Shown here one piece after another: positions 9,411 to 22,127 of a DNA stretch of 64,000 nt (the stretch's first letter is position 1; each line of letters opens with the position of its first letter). The stretch is from NCBI GenBank assembly GCA_963813335.1, contig CAWEYL010000001.1, positions 1,184,001 to 1,248,000 of the forward strand, written 5' to 3'. The notes under the pieces are model-generated. The model searched no databases. It worked only from the letters and a program-made list of their open reading frames with translations, and had not been told where the DNA came from. Source of the DNA: an uncultured Chloroflexia bacterium. Lineage in GTDB: Bacteria; Chloroflexota; Limnocylindria; Limnocylindrales; CSP1-4. The translations under genes and the position numbers were made by a program.

Positions 9411-10369
9411 CCGAGATCGTTCGCGCCGAGGGCCTGGTCAAGCGCTACGACCGCACGCTGGCGGTCGCCGGCGTCGACCTGTCCGTCGCCTCGGGCGAGA
9501 TCTTCGGCCTGGTCGGGCCGAACGGAGCCGGCAAGACCACGACGCTGCGCATCCTCGCCACCCTGCTGCGGCCGTCGAGCGGCGAGGCCGAGATCGCCGG
9601 GTTCTCGGTGACTCGGAACCCCGACCAGGTCCGGCGCGTCCTCGGCTTCATGCCGGACGTCTTCGGGGTCTACGACGACATGAAGGTCTGGGAGTACCTC
9701 GACTTCTTCGCCCGCTGCTACGGGATCCCGGCGTCAAAGCGGCGGCGGATGATCGGCGACCTGCTCGAACTCGTCGACCTCGGGACCAAGCGCGACCAGT
9801 ACGTGCAGACCCTGTCACGCGGCATGCAGCAGCGACTGTGCCTCGCCCACGCGCTGGTCCACGATCCGGAGGTCCTGCTCCTGGACGAGCCGGCCTCCGG
9901 CCTCGACCCGCGGGCCCGGGTGGAGCTGCGCGAGCTGCTCCGGGAGCTGCGCAAGCTGGGCAAGACCATCGTGATCAGCAGCCATATCCTCCCCGAGCTC
10001 GAGGAGCTGTGCACGAGCGTCGCCATCGTCGACCGCGGCCAGGTGCTTGCCCAGGGGCGCGTCAGCGACATCGAGCGACGGCTCCGCTTCGGGGCGGTGC
10101 TCCGCATCAAGGTCCTGGGCGACGCCGAGGCGCTCGAGGCAGCCCGCGACCGGTTCGCGGCCGATGTCGATGTCGCCTCGGCGACGATCCTCGAGGACGG
10201 CACGATCGAACTCGGGTTCCGCGGCGACGACGCCGCGTCAGCCCGGCTGCTGGCCGAGACGGTGGGCGCCGGGGTCGCGGTGATCAGCTTCGCCCGGGCC
10301 GCCAGCGACCTGGAGGAGCTGTTCCTCCAGGTGACCGCGCCCGATCGCGAACCCATGGAAGCGGCGTGA
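9407..10369 (+). CDS. ABC transporter ATP-binding protein
   Basis: Walker A GPNGAGKTT, signature LSRGMQQR, Walker B LLLDEP, H-loop SSH. Confidence 0.95.
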   Translation: MTEIVRAEGLVKRYDRTLAVAGVDLSVASGEIFGLVGPNGAGKTTTLRILATLLRPSSGEAEIAGFSVTRNPDQVRRVLGFMPDVFGVYDDMKVWEYLDFFARCYGIPASKRRRMIGDLLELVDLGTKRDQYVQTLSRGMQQRLCLAHALVHDPEVLLLDEPASGLDPRARVELRELLRELRKLGKTIVISSHILPELEELCTSVAIVDRGQVLAQGRVSDIERRLRFGAVLRIKVLGDAEALEAARDRFAADVDVASATILEDGTIELGFRGDDAASARLLAETVGAGVAVISFARAASDLEELFLQVTAPDREPMEAA

Positions 10370-10379
10370 GGACGCGACG

Positions 10380-11610
10380 ATGACCGACGTCACGATCGAG
10401 CCCGTCGAGACCCCGCCCGGCGTCGTCACCGAGCCGGCGATCGCGCCCGGTCCGCCGACTCCGCCGCGCCAGCGACCGAGCCCGCGCCGCGCGTTCGGGG
10501 GCATCTCGGCCATCGGCGCGAAAGAGCTGCGCGGCCGGATGCGCGGTCGCCGGGCGTTCGCGATCCTGACGATCTACCTGCTCCTGCTCGGCGCATTCGC
10601 CTGGATGGTCGAGCTGCTGATGGAGCGTTCGTATGCGAGCGGCTTCGGCTCGTCGGCCGCCTACGCCTCGGCGTCCATCGGGCAGGGCATCTTCGCGGCG
10701 ATCCTCATGCTCGAGACCCTCCAGGTCGTCTTCCTGGCGCCGGCCGCGACCGCCGGCGCGATCAGCCTGGAGCGCGAGAAGCAGACCCTCGACATGCTCA
10801 TCGCGACACCGATCTCGTCGCTCGCGATCGTCATCGGCAAGCTGCTCAGCGCCCTGACCTACGTCTTCCTGCTGATCGTCGCGTCGGTGCCGCTCACCGC
10901 GGTCGTCTTCGTCTATGGCGGCGTAGGACCGGACGACGTCCTGCGCGGATACCTGGTGCTGCTGGTCACGGCCATCGGGCTGGGGTCGTTCGGCCTCCTC
11001 TGCTCGAGCCTCGTGCGGCGCACGCAGGCCGCGACGGCGATCTCGATCTTCGGCGTCCTGTCGATCACCGTCGGGTCGCTCTTCGTGCTCGCCTTCTGGG
11101 CCGGGATGGCCAACAGCGACAACGGCCGTGGGTTCGGGCCGATCAAGGGCCGCGCGCCCGAGGTCATCGCGCTCGTGAACCCATTCATCGCGCAGTCCGA
11201 CGTCCTGTGCGGCACCGAGACCACCCAGTACGGGACGTGGTGCTCGATCGTGAACGTGCTGGTCCCGAACCAGAACGGCATCATCAACATCGACAATCGC
11301 GGTGGCGGGCACGGTCGTCGTCCCGCTGCCCGCCCCGATCCCCGACATCAAGGCCCAGCCCGGGTTCACGACGGGCGGCGTGACCATCGACGCGAACGGG
11401 AACCAGGTCGCCGTCGACGCCAACGGCAACCCGATCGCCGCGGACGTGGTGGCGTTCGGTGCGCAGCGCGACGCGTTCTGGCCGAAGAGCGTCGTGACCT
11501 GGCTGATCCTCTCGGTCGTCTTCATCCTCCTGTCGGTCCAGCTCGTGTCGCCCACGCGCCGTTGGCGGTTCTCCCGGCAGCGCCGTACCGCGACAGGGAC
11601 GCCGGCATGA
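10380..11610 (+). CDS. ABC-2 type transporter permease; one apparent frameshift near 11300
   Basis: KELRGRMR, ISLEREKQTLDML, IVIGKL motifs; the last TM helix lies in the 11302-11610 frame, whose TGA overlaps the next ATG. Confidence 0.85.
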
Positions 11611-13576
11611 GGCTGCGCCGCCGCCGTCGACCCGCACCTGGCGAGGCGGTGCCCGCAAGCACCTGGATCCCCGCCGACCCGCGCGCCGTCCTGGCCGGGC
11701 CGCTCGATCCCGAGCTCCTGGCGGTCCGGTCCGGGCTGGCATCGCACCGGCGCCGCCTGTGGCTGCGTCGCATCGTCCGTCGGACCTGGCTCGCCCTGGC
11801 CGCGATCCTCGTGGCGGAGCTGGTGCTGTGGACCGTCGCCCGGTTCGTCCCGCTCGAATGGGCGCCGCTGCTCGGCGCCGCGATCCCCGTCGTCGGCGCG
11901 CTGGTCCTGCTGGTCGCCGTGGTCCGAGCCCGGCCCACCATCGGCGAGACGGCGATCGCGGTCGATGTGGAAGGACGTCTCGGCGACCGCGTGTCGAGCG
12001 CCCTCGAGCTGGCAGTCGGGTTCCCGGCGTCAGCCGGCCCGGCCTCCCCCGATGGGACCGATCCCACGGCCGCGACCGTGACGACCGTCGCCGTCGCGAC
12101 CGGCGTGGCTGACGACGCGGCCCAGACCGACCGGTTCGTCCGACGGCAGCGGACGGACGCGCTCGCCTCGCTGCGCGCGGTCCCGCTCGACCTGTTCAAG
12201 CCGCGATTCGCGCTTCGACCAGCGGCCGCCGCACTCGTCGCCGCCCTGCTTCTCGCCCCGGTCCTGCTGATCCCGAACCCGCAGGACCCGGTCATCGCCC
12301 AGGCTCGCCAGGAGCGCGAGGCCGCCCAGGAGCAGGCGAAGCGCCTCGATGACCTCGCCAAGGAGCTCGAGCAGAAGGGCAAGGACGCCGACGATCCACG
12401 GACGAGGCTCGCCCAGGAGCTGCGCGACCTGGCCCGCCAGCTGCGGGACCACCCGGGCGACCTCGACGTGAACCTGGCCAAGCTCGGATCGGTCGAGAGC
12501 GACGTCCGCGCCCAGGTCGATCCCGCGACCGAGCAGCGTGCCGCGGCACTCACCGCGCTGAGCCGTGCGCTTTCCCGGTCGGCGACGGGCCAGCAGACCG
12601 CCAACCCGGACGGCGACCCGAAGCAGACGCAGCAGGACCTCGACAAGCTGGGCGACAAGCTCGACCAGATGACACCCCAGCAGCAGGCCGACCTGGCCCG
12701 CCAGCTCGCCGAGCAGGCTGCGACCGCCGCCGGTGCGAGCGGCGCGGCTTCGACCGCGCTCCACGACGCCGCGCAGAGTCTCGCGCAGGGCGATACCGCC
12801 GGCGCGAAGACGGCCCTCGATCGACTCGGGGAATCGCTCACCGGCACGGGGCAGCAGGTCGCCACGAATCGCGACCTTTCGTCGGCCGCGTCGCGGCTCC
12901 AGGACGCGCGGCGCGATCTCGCGGATGCCGGCAAGCCGACCACCGCCCAGGGCCAGGGGCAGCCGGGCCAGGGGCAGGGCAACCCGGGTGCCAGCCCTGG
13001 AACCGGCCAGGGCCAGGGACAGTCGAGCCCCGGCGCCAGCCAGGGTCAGGGTCAGGGCCAGGGCCAAGGGCAGGGCCAAGGGCAGGGGCAGGGGCAGGGC
13101 CAGGGGCAGGGCCAGGGGCAGGGGCAGGGCCAGGGCCAGGGCCAGGGGCAGGGCCAGGGCCAGGGCCAGGGCCAGGGGCAGGGCCAGGGCCAGGGCCAAG
13201 GGCAGGGTGCCATCGGGGGCGGCGGCTCGAATGCCCGCTCGCTCGGCAACGGCACCGGTGGCAACGGCCACCCGGCCGGCCCGACGAACCCCAATCGCCC
13301 GTCCGAGCTCGGCGGCGACCTCTCATCGGTCTACGCGCCGTTCGACCGGCTTGGCAAGCCGGGCGACCCGTCGTACATCTCGGGCACCGGCGGCGACGGC
13401 CAGACCCAGCAGGGCAACGGCACCGGGCAAGGCACCAACAACGGCGTGCTGACCCCGTATCAGCAGGTCTATCAGGACTTCGCGTCCTACGCCCAGACAT
13501 CGCTCGAGCGCGGCTACGTGCCGCTCTCGGTGAAGGACTACGTCCGCGACTACTTCAGCTCGCTCGACCCGACCAA

Positions 13577-13580
<4 letters not shown>
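11607..13580 (+). CDS. Membrane-anchored coiled-coil protein with (QG)n tract (DUF4175-like architecture)
   Basis: ATGA overlap at 11607; TM helices, LGDRVSSALE, Gln/Ala/Leu coiled coil, QG repeat, conserved-looking C-terminus VPLSVKDYVRDYF. Confidence 0.85.
13041..13208 (+). repeat. Hexamer tandem repeat CARGGN x28 encoding (Gln-Gly)28
   Basis: Direct reading of CAGGGT/CAGGGC/CAGGGG/CAAGGG units. Confidence 0.95.
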
Positions 13581-14638
<1,058 letters not shown>

Positions 14639-14669
14639 CGGGTCCCGGACCCGCCACGGCCGCGCGCGC

Positions 14670-15656
14670 ATGACCGGACCCTCCGTCGGGCCGCCCGCTT
14701 CCGACCCCGCCGAGCGGCCGGCGGAGACGCCGCGCGCCGATGCCGGCACGCGGCCCGCCTTCCTGCCGAACGAGATCGATCCGACCGTCTTCGACGAGGC
14801 CTTCCTCCGCCAGCTCGAGCGCCTCCTGCTGCTGATGCGCTCGCCGGTCCGCGGCGGCCTCAAGGGCGGCCGGCGGAGCGTCAAGCGCGGCCAGTCCGTC
14901 GAGTTCGCCGACTACCGCGACTACACCATGGGCGACGACCTGCGCCAGCTCGACTGGAACGTCTACGCCCGACTCGAGCGCCTGTTCGTGAAGCTCTTCG
15001 TCGAGGAGGAGGACGTCACCGTCTCGCTGCTGGTCGACGCCTCGGCCTCGATGGCCGCCGGGACCCCCGGCAAGCTCCTGTTCGCCAAGCGAGCTGCCGC
15101 GGCCCTCGGTTATATCGGCCTCGCGAGCGAGGACCGCGTCGCCGTCACCGCGCTCTCGGGGCGGACCGCCAGGCGGCGGACGGCGTTGCGCGGATCCGGG
15201 CGCGTCTTCCGGCTGCTGGCCGACCTGTCCGCCATCGAACCGACCGAGGGGCCGACCGACCTCCTGGTCGCCGCACGCCATGCCGGCGCCCAGCTCCACG
15301 GCCGCGGCATCGTGATCCTCCTCTCGGACCTCCTCGATCCGGCGGCCGACAAGGTCATCCGGGAGCTGGCCGCGACCGGTTCCGAGCTCATCGTGATGCA
15401 CGTCCTCTCGCCCGAGGAGCTCGACCCGGCGCTCGAGGGCGACCTGCGGCTCATCGACAGCGAGAGCGGGGAGGGGCTCGACGTCACGGTCGACCTCGCG
15501 ACCGTCGACGCGTACAAGTCGCGCCTGGCGGCCTGGAAGGCCGACCTCGCGGACCTCGCCGCCAAGCGCCGGGCGAGCTACGTCGACCTGACGTCCGACC
15601 AGAACCTGGCCGACCTGATGTTCGCCGAGCTGCGCCGCCGCCGGGTCCTGGGCTGA
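14670..15656 (+). CDS. DUF58 domain protein
   Basis: GQSVEFADYRDYTMGDDLRQLDWNVYAR, DASASM motifs; follows moxR. Confidence 0.93.
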   Translation: MTGPSVGPPASDPAERPAETPRADAGTRPAFLPNEIDPTVFDEAFLRQLERLLLLMRSPVRGGLKGGRRSVKRGQSVEFADYRDYTMGDDLRQLDWNVYARLERLFVKLFVEEEDVTVSLLVDASASMAAGTPGKLLFAKRAAAALGYIGLASEDRVAVTALSGRTARRRTALRGSGRVFRLLADLSAIEPTEGPTDLLVAARHAGAQLHGRGIVILLSDLLDPAADKVIRELAATGSELIVMHVLSPEELDPALEGDLRLIDSESGEGLDVTVDLATVDAYKSRLAAWKADLADLAAKRRASYVDLTSDQNLADLMFAELRRRRVLG

Positions 15657-15659
15657 CCG

Positions 15660-17754
15660 ATGCCGTTCATCAGCCCGCTCGCCCTGGCCGGCCTCGTCTT
15701 CATCCCCGCGGTCATCGCGATGTACCTGCTCAAGCTGCGCCGCGACCAGGCGGTCGTGCCCTCGACGCTGCTCTGGAGCCGGTTGCTGACCGATGTCGAG
15801 GCCAACGCGCCATGGCAGCGCCTGCGGCGGAGCCTGCTGCTGCTGGTCCAGCTGCTGCTCGTGCTGGCGCTCGTGCTGCTGGCCGCGCGGCCGTTCCTCG
15901 AGCGGCCGGCGGGGCTGGCCCGGGACGTGATCCTCGTGATGGACACCTCGGCCAGCATGGGCGCCACCGACGTGACGCCGAACCGCCTGGCCGCCGCGCG
16001 CGATGCGGCGATGGCCGCCCTCAAGGACCTGCCCACGGGCGGCAAGGTCAGCGTGATCGCGGCGGACCGGACGGCGCGGATCGTGGTCAACGAGACCACC
16101 GACCTGGGTCGGGTGCGCCAGGCCATCGACGACCTCCGGCCCGCCCCGACACGGGGCGACCTGGGCGATGCGCTGGAGCTGGCCTCGAAGCTGGCCACCC
16201 GCTCCGGCGACGCCCAGATCCTGGTGGCCACGGACGCGGCGCTGTCGACGCCACCGGCCGTCAAGGTCTCGGCGCCGATCAGGGTGCTGCCCGTCGGCCG
16301 CGACCGCAAGAATCAGGCGATCGTGGCGCTCGCCGTGCGCACCGCCCCGTCCGCGGTGACGCGCTCGATCTTCATCAGCATCGCCAACGTCGATCTCGAG
16401 CTGGCGGGCCGGCGGATCGAGCTGTGGGGCGATGGCCGGCTGCTCGAGGCACGCGACCTGATCCTCGAGCCGCAGGCCCGCACCGACGTCGTCATCGACG
16501 ACGTCCCGAACGATGTCGGGGTGGTCGAGGCCCGCCTGGTCGCGCGTGACCCGTCGGTGACGACGCCGGACCAGCTGGCGGTCGACGACCACGCGTGGGC
16601 CGTGCTGCCGACCGCACGGACGCGGCTGGTCCTCGTGGTCGGCGAGGGCGACCCGTATCTCGAGACCGCGCTCTCGTACCTGCCCAACGTGGAGCTGTAC
16701 GGCGTCGCGCCGAAGGACTACGGCGCCTCCACCCAGCGCACCGACGGGCGGCCGTGGGACCTCACGATCTTCGAGGGCAACCTGCCGGCCGACGCTGCCG
16801 ACGACCCCGATCCTGGCCATCGCACCGCCGACGACGAGCGCGCTCGGCGTGGTCACGGGCACGCTCACGGACCCGGGCATCGGCTCGCTCGACCCGGCCG
16901 AGCCGATCCTCCGCTACGTCGACCTCTCGACCACCCACATCTCGTCGGCGCAGCAGCTGACGACCCCCGACTGGGCCCGCACCGTCATCCCGGGTCCCAA
17001 GGGCTCGCCGCTGCTCTACACGGGGGTACGGGCCGGCCTGCCGACGGCGGTCCTCGCCTTCGAGCCGCGCCGGTCCGACCTGCCGCTCCAGGTCGCCTTC
17101 CCGATCCTGCTCTCGAACCTGACCGGCGAGCTGCTGGGCGGGTCGACGGCGCCGACCGAGGCCGTCGCCCCCGGTGCGCCGGTCAGCCTCCAGGTCCCGT
17201 CGGGAGCCACCGGCGTGTCGGTCACCCGGCCCGACGGCACCACGACCGAGCTGGTGCCGAGCCTGGCCAGCGGCTCGGCCGTGACCTACGCCCTGACCGA
17301 CCTGCCGGGCATCTACACCGTCACCCCGACCGGGACGACGGCCGCATCCCCTGCCCCATCGGGGAGCGCTGCGCTGACGCCACGGCCGTCCGCTTCGGCC
17401 GGCGCGGGACCGTCCGCTTCGGCCGGCGCGACACCACTCGCCGTCGATCCGAACGCGCCGGTCCGCTTTGCGGTCGACCTGTTCGACCTCGGCGAATCGT
17501 CGATCGCACCCGGTTCGCCAGGGGCTATCGAGGCGCTCGGTACGACCGCTGCCGTGCCGGGCGCGTCCGCGGCTCCGGGCACCGCCGCCGTGGAACGCCC
17601 GACCACCCGCGACGAGCTGTGGGTCCCGATCGTGCTGGTCGTCCTGCTCGGCCTCTGCCTCGAATGGGCGATCTACCACCGTGACGCGGTGATCCGGGTC
17701 CGTCGTTCGCTCGGCGACGCGCTGGGGCGGCGGCCCGACGGCGGGACCGCCTGA
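15660..17754 (+). CDS. BatA N-terminal + VWA domain membrane protein; one apparent frameshift near 16790
   Basis: BatA-type N-terminus (MYLLK…VPSTLLW…LLAARP), MIDAS DTSASM; C-terminal TM ELWVPIV…LEW in the second frame. Confidence 0.87.
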
Positions 17755-20681
17755 TGGGCATCTCGTTCACCGCGCCGCAGTGGCTGCTCCTGCTGGTCCC
17801 CGCGTTGGCGCTGACGATCGGGCTCCACCTCGCCGCCCGCCGGCGCATGGGCGCCGGGCGCCGCCGCGCCGCGCTCGTCATCCGCTCGCTCCTGCTGAGC
17901 GCGCTCGTCCTCGCGATCGCCGGGTTCCAGATCGTCCTCCCGGTCGACCGCCTGGCCACGGTCTTCGTCGTCGACCTCTCCGATTCGGTCGGCAACGCCG
18001 GTCGCAGCGAGGCCCTGGCGTTCCTGCGAGAGACCCTGCAGGACAAGCCCGAGGGCGACGTGGCGGGCATCGTGGCGTTCGGCAAGGACGCCCTCGTCGA
18101 GCGACTCCCGTCCGAGCTCCGGGAGCTCGACCGGATCGCGTCGGCGCCGGTCGAGAGTGCCACCGACATCGGCGCGGCTCTGCGGCTCGCGACCGCGCTG
18201 TTCCCGGACGACTCGCAGAAGCGGATCGTCCTGCTCAGCGACGGCAACGACACGACGGGCGGCGGCCAGGCGGAGGCATCGCTCGCCGCCAGCCGCGGCA
18301 TCCGCATCGAGACGAAGGCGATCGGGCTCGGGAACGTGGACGAAGTCCTCGTCGAGCGGCTCACGACCCCCTCGATCGCCCGCCTCGGCGAGTCGGTCCA
18401 GGCGATCGCGGAGATCCGCTCGTCCGTGGCGCAGCCAGCCACGGTCCGGCTCTTCGCCGACGGCGCGCTGGTCTCGACCCAGCCGGTCCAGCTCGACGCC
18501 GGCGTCACCCGGGTCACGTTCGACGTCAAGCCCACCGAGGCCGGCTTCCACACGTTCCGGGCGGTCGTCGAGGCGGCCCACGACACCTTCAGCCAGAACG
18601 ACCGCGCCGACTCGAACACCATCGTCAAGGGCGAGCCGCGGACGTTGATCCTCAAGGGCAACGACCAGGTGGCGACCCAGCTGGTCGCCGCGCTCAAGGC
18701 CCAGCGCCAGCAGGTCGACACGATGATCCCCGAGGCGCTGCCGACGGACCTCGCCGGCCTCGCCGCGTACGACAGCATCGTGCTCGTCGACGTGCCACGG
18801 ATCCGGCTCAGTGACAAGCAGCTCGCCGCGCTGCAGGTCTACGTCCGCGACCTGGGCAAGGGCCTGGTCATGGTCGGCGGGGAGGACAGCTTCGGCGCCG
18901 GCGGCTACCAGAAGACGCCGCTCGAGGAGTCGCTCCCGGTCGACATGGGCGTGCGCGACCGCCAGAAGCAGCCCGACATCGCGCTCGTGGTCGTGATCGA
19001 CAAATCGGGCTCGATGGCGGCGTGCCACTGCAACACGTTCAACCGCGGGACGGGGAGCAGCATCGCCGGCGTCCAGAAGGTCGACATCGGCAAGGAGGCG
19101 ATCCTCCGCGCCGCCGCCGCGATGACCGATCGGGACGAGCTCGGCGTCGTCGCATTCAACGAGGCGGCCCACTGGGTCGTCAAGACCCAGCCGCTCGGGT
19201 CGGTGGGCGACCTCCAGGGCCAGCTGGCGACGATCAAGGCCGACGGCCAGACCAACATCTACTCGGGCCTCGATGAGGCCGTGAAGTCGCTCGAGGGGGT
19301 CACCGCCACGCGCCGCCACATCATCCTGCTGACCGACGGGTGGTCCACGTCCGGGCAGTACGACGAGATCCTCAAGAAGATGAAGGCCGACGGGATCACC
19401 CTCTCGACGGTCGGCGCAGGCGGTGGCGCGAACCCGTTCCTCGAGCAGCTCGCGACGCAGGGCGGCGGGCGGTTCTACGCGGCGCCGGACCCGGCCAGCA
19501 TCCCCGACATCTTCCTGAAGGAGACGCAGCAGGTCTCGGGCCAGCAGATCATCGAGGAGCCGTTCTTCCCGATCCAGACCTCGTCCTCGCCGATCCTGCG
19601 CGGGCTCGACCAGGGGCTGCCCAGGCTGCTCGGCTACAACGGCACGACGGCCAAGTCCGCGGCCCAGACGGTGCTGGTCACGTCGCGCGACGATCCGCTC
19701 CTCGCCCAGTGGCAGTACGGCCTCGGGCGGTCCGTGGCGTGGACCTCGGACTCGACCGGCCGCTGGGCCGCGAACTGGCTGGCCTGGCCAGGCTTCGACA
19801 AGTTCTTCTCCCAGCTCGTGAGCTGGACGTTCCCGGGCGACGAGACCGACGGCATCGAGGCGACCTTCCAGACCAAGGACGGGCGGACCTCGCTGCACAT
19901 CCAGAGCGTCCAGGCGGACGGCTCGCCGCGTGACTTCTACCAGACGAGCGCTGTGCTGGTCGGCCCGGACCTGGAGCCGCACGACGTGGCGCTCCCGCAG
20001 GTCGCGCCGGGCGAGTACGAGGCGACGCTCGGCGAGGTCGATCCGGGGGCGTACGCGATCCGCGTGACGCAGACGAAGCCCGGGTCGTCGCCGCTGGGCC
20101 GGACCGTCGGGCTGGTTGCGCCGACGTCCGCGGAGTACCGACTGCTGGGCACGGACGAGGCGTTCCTCGGCTCGCTGCGGGCCGCGACCGGCGGGACCGT
20201 GGTGACGACGGCCCTCCAGCCATGGACGCACGACCTGCGGACCACGAGCCACTTCACCGACCTGTGGCCGCTGCTGCTGATCCTGGCGCTGCTCCTCTGG
20301 CCGCTCGATATCGCGCTCCGGCGCGTGTCGGTCGGACGGCGCGAGCTCGCGCTGGCCCGCGGGTGGCTGGGCGGGTTCAGGCGCCGGCGCCGGGCGACCG
20401 CCCCGCGGACAGCGACCGGGGAGAGCCTGCTCGCCGCGCGGGAACGGGCGACCGGGGCGCCGTCGCGAGCGTCGCTGCGGAGTCCCGGCCCCGCGACGAC
20501 CGAGCCGGCGAGCGAGGGCACGAGCGCGCCGGCGAGGGCCGCCGTCCCTACCGCCACGGATCCGAAATCGACGCCTCCGCCGGCTGCGCCGCCACCGCCG
20601 TCCTCGCCGGCCGGGCCGCCCGCCGATCCGTCCGACACGCTCACCAGGCTCCGCGACAGCAAGCGCGCCCGCGGCCGCTGA
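17754..20681 (+). CDS. Double-VWA domain protein with glutamine-amidotransferase-like domain and C-terminal TM
   Basis: MIDAS motifs DLSDS and DKSGS, LLSDG and LLTDG, GLVMVGG…GGY, WQYGLGRSVAWTSD. Confidence 0.92.
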   Translation: MGISFTAPQWLLLLVPALALTIGLHLAARRRMGAGRRRAALVIRSLLLSALVLAIAGFQIVLPVDRLATVFVVDLSDSVGNAGRSEALAFLRETLQDKPEGDVAGIVAFGKDALVERLPSELRELDRIASAPVESATDIGAALRLATALFPDDSQKRIVLLSDGNDTTGGGQAEASLAASRGIRIETKAIGLGNVDEVLVERLTTPSIARLGESVQAIAEIRSSVAQPATVRLFADGALVSTQPVQLDAGVTRVTFDVKPTEAGFHTFRAVVEAAHDTFSQNDRADSNTIVKGEPRTLILKGNDQVATQLVAALKAQRQQVDTMIPEALPTDLAGLAAYDSIVLVDVPRIRLSDKQLAALQVYVRDLGKGLVMVGGEDSFGAGGYQKTPLEESLPVDMGVRDRQKQPDIALVVVIDKSGSMAACHCNTFNRGTGSSIAGVQKVDIGKEAILRAAAAMTDRDELGVVAFNEAAHWVVKTQPLGSVGDLQGQLATIKADGQTNIYSGLDEAVKSLEGVTATRRHIILLTDGWSTSGQYDEILKKMKADGITLSTVGAGGGANPFLEQLATQGGGRFYAAPDPASIPDIFLKETQQVSGQQIIEEPFFPIQTSSSPILRGLDQGLPRLLGYNGTTAKSAAQTVLVTSRDDPLLAQWQYGLGRSVAWTSDSTGRWAANWLAWPGFDKFFSQLVSWTFPGDETDGIEATFQTKDGRTSLHIQSVQADGSPRDFYQTSAVLVGPDLEPHDVALPQVAPGEYEATLGEVDPGAYAIRVTQTKPGSSPLGRTVGLVAPTSAEYRLLGTDEAFLGSLRAATGGTVVTTALQPWTHDLRTTSHFTDLWPLLLILALLLWPLDIALRRVSVGRRELALARGWLGGFRRRRRATAPRTATGESLLAARERATGAPSRASLRSPGPATTEPASEGTSAPARAAVPTATDPKSTPPPAAPPPPSSPAGPPADPSDTLTRLRDSKRARGR

Positions 20682-20737
20682 GGTTTTCCGGACGGCCGTC
20701 CCGACCGGCTTCGCCGAGCGGTGATACCTTCCCCGCG

Positions 20738-21223
20738 ATGTCCCCCCTTCGCCTGGCCGTGGCCGCCCTGCTGATGAGCGCGCTCGTTGCCGGGTGCGGC
20801 GTCGTCAGCACCACGCCACCGGTCCCCAGCCCGGCCGACTTCACGGACATCGCCAACGGCCTCTCGCGCCTCGGCATCCGCATCGACCACGTCGTCTCCG
20901 GCGACGCCGGCTGCGACGACCCTGACCTGGTCCCGACCGCCATCGGCCTCGATGCATCCGGCCTCGACCAGGCCAGTGTGGTCCGGCTCCACCTCTTCAT
21001 CTTCCGGAACCGGGCGTCGTTCGAGAAGCTGCGCGAGACGGTGGATGCCTGCGCACGCAGCTTCGTCACCGACGCCGACACCTTCGAATCGATCGACGAG
21101 TCACCGTACGTGCTCGCCTCGCAGGGGCCGTGGGGCCAGCAGTTCGAGGCGGCGCTCCGGTCGGGGCTGAAGGCCTCTGCCGGCGACGGGGGCAACGGCA
21201 GCGGAGGCTACGGGGGGTACTAG
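20738..21223 (+). CDS. Putative lipoprotein
   Basis: Signal peptide with lipobox LVAG-C; TGa-TACCTT -10 box 7 nt before the ATG. Confidence 0.8.
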   Translation: MSPLRLAVAALLMSALVAGCGVVSTTPPVPSPADFTDIANGLSRLGIRIDHVVSGDAGCDDPDLVPTAIGLDASGLDQASVVRLHLFIFRNRASFEKLRETVDACARSFVTDADTFESIDESPYVLASQGPWGQQFEAALRSGLKASAGDGGNGSGGYGGY

Positions 21224-21365
21224 CCCGGAGATCACGAGGGTGGTCTGGATCGGAGCGGTGACGTCTGGTGCGGTCCGCTGAGGTGCGCGCCGCGCCGTCC
21301 TTCTCACTCCCGGTGGGACGACCGGGCCACGGTCAGGACCGGGTCCCGGACGGGATGGTTCGGGC

Positions 21366-22100
21366 ATGTCCCTCCCCGACCGCCCGTGGTGGCGCTTGCT
21401 CACCTCGACGCTGCTCGCCGTGGTCCTCGGGATCGCGGTCGTGGCCGGCACCGTCGCCCAGGATTCGGGGGTCGTCGCGCCCCCGGCTCCGGCCGTCCCG
21501 GCCGCCACGCCGGTCCCATCCGGCGAGGTCGAAGGCATCACGGACCCGCCGTCCGACATCGCCCCGGCTCTCGATGCGTCTGACCAGAACGACCTCGCGG
21601 CGCACGTCGGACCGGTGCTCGCGGCCGCACCCGCTGTCGCCCCGGCGGTCGCCGCCCGCCCGAAGCCGTCCAAGCCGCCGACGACCGCCCCCGCAGCGAG
21701 GACCTACAAGGGCCGCAACCACGTCTGGATGCCGGCACTCGGCATCGACAACGCGGTGTCCTGGTACGCCTGCTCGAACTCGTCCTATCCGGGCAACCGG
21801 GTCTACCGCTGGGGCTGTGCGGGCGACAACAACGTCTACCTCTTCGGGCACGCCTCGAGCGTCTTCCAGCCGCTCCATGACGCCTACGTCGACGGTCGCC
21901 TGAAGAAGGGCATGCCGCTCTGGTACGCCGGCGCGGACGGCGTGGTCCACCGGTACGCAGTCTCGTGGTGGAAGGTCACGACCCCGACGAAGGGCGTCTG
22001 GGCCTACGCCGCGCAGTCGAGCGCGAGTCTCACGTTGCAGACCTGCCTGGGCTCGCAGAGCCAGTACCGGTTGATCGTCCGGCTGGCGCAGGTCGACTGA
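21366..22100 (+). CDS. Sortase domain protein with N-terminal anchor and Pro/Ala linker
   Basis: MPALGID, catalytic His (LFGHA), LTLQTC and Arg (YRLIV) triad. Confidence 0.8.
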   Translation: MSLPDRPWWRLLTSTLLAVVLGIAVVAGTVAQDSGVVAPPAPAVPAATPVPSGEVEGITDPPSDIAPALDASDQNDLAAHVGPVLAAAPAVAPAVAARPKPSKPPTTAPAARTYKGRNHVWMPALGIDNAVSWYACSNSSYPGNRVYRWGCAGDNNVYLFGHASSVFQPLHDAYVDGRLKKGMPLWYAGADGVVHRYAVSWWKVTTPTKGVWAYAAQSSASLTLQTCLGSQSQYRLIVRLAQVD

Positions 22101-22127
22101 GCGGGGCGCCGCGGGCCGCGAGGTGCC

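Noticed and set aside
13041-13208. Repeat array as CRISPR or phase-variation SSR
   Set aside because: It has no spacers, no cas genes are present, and the 6-bp unit keeps the frame inside a CDS.
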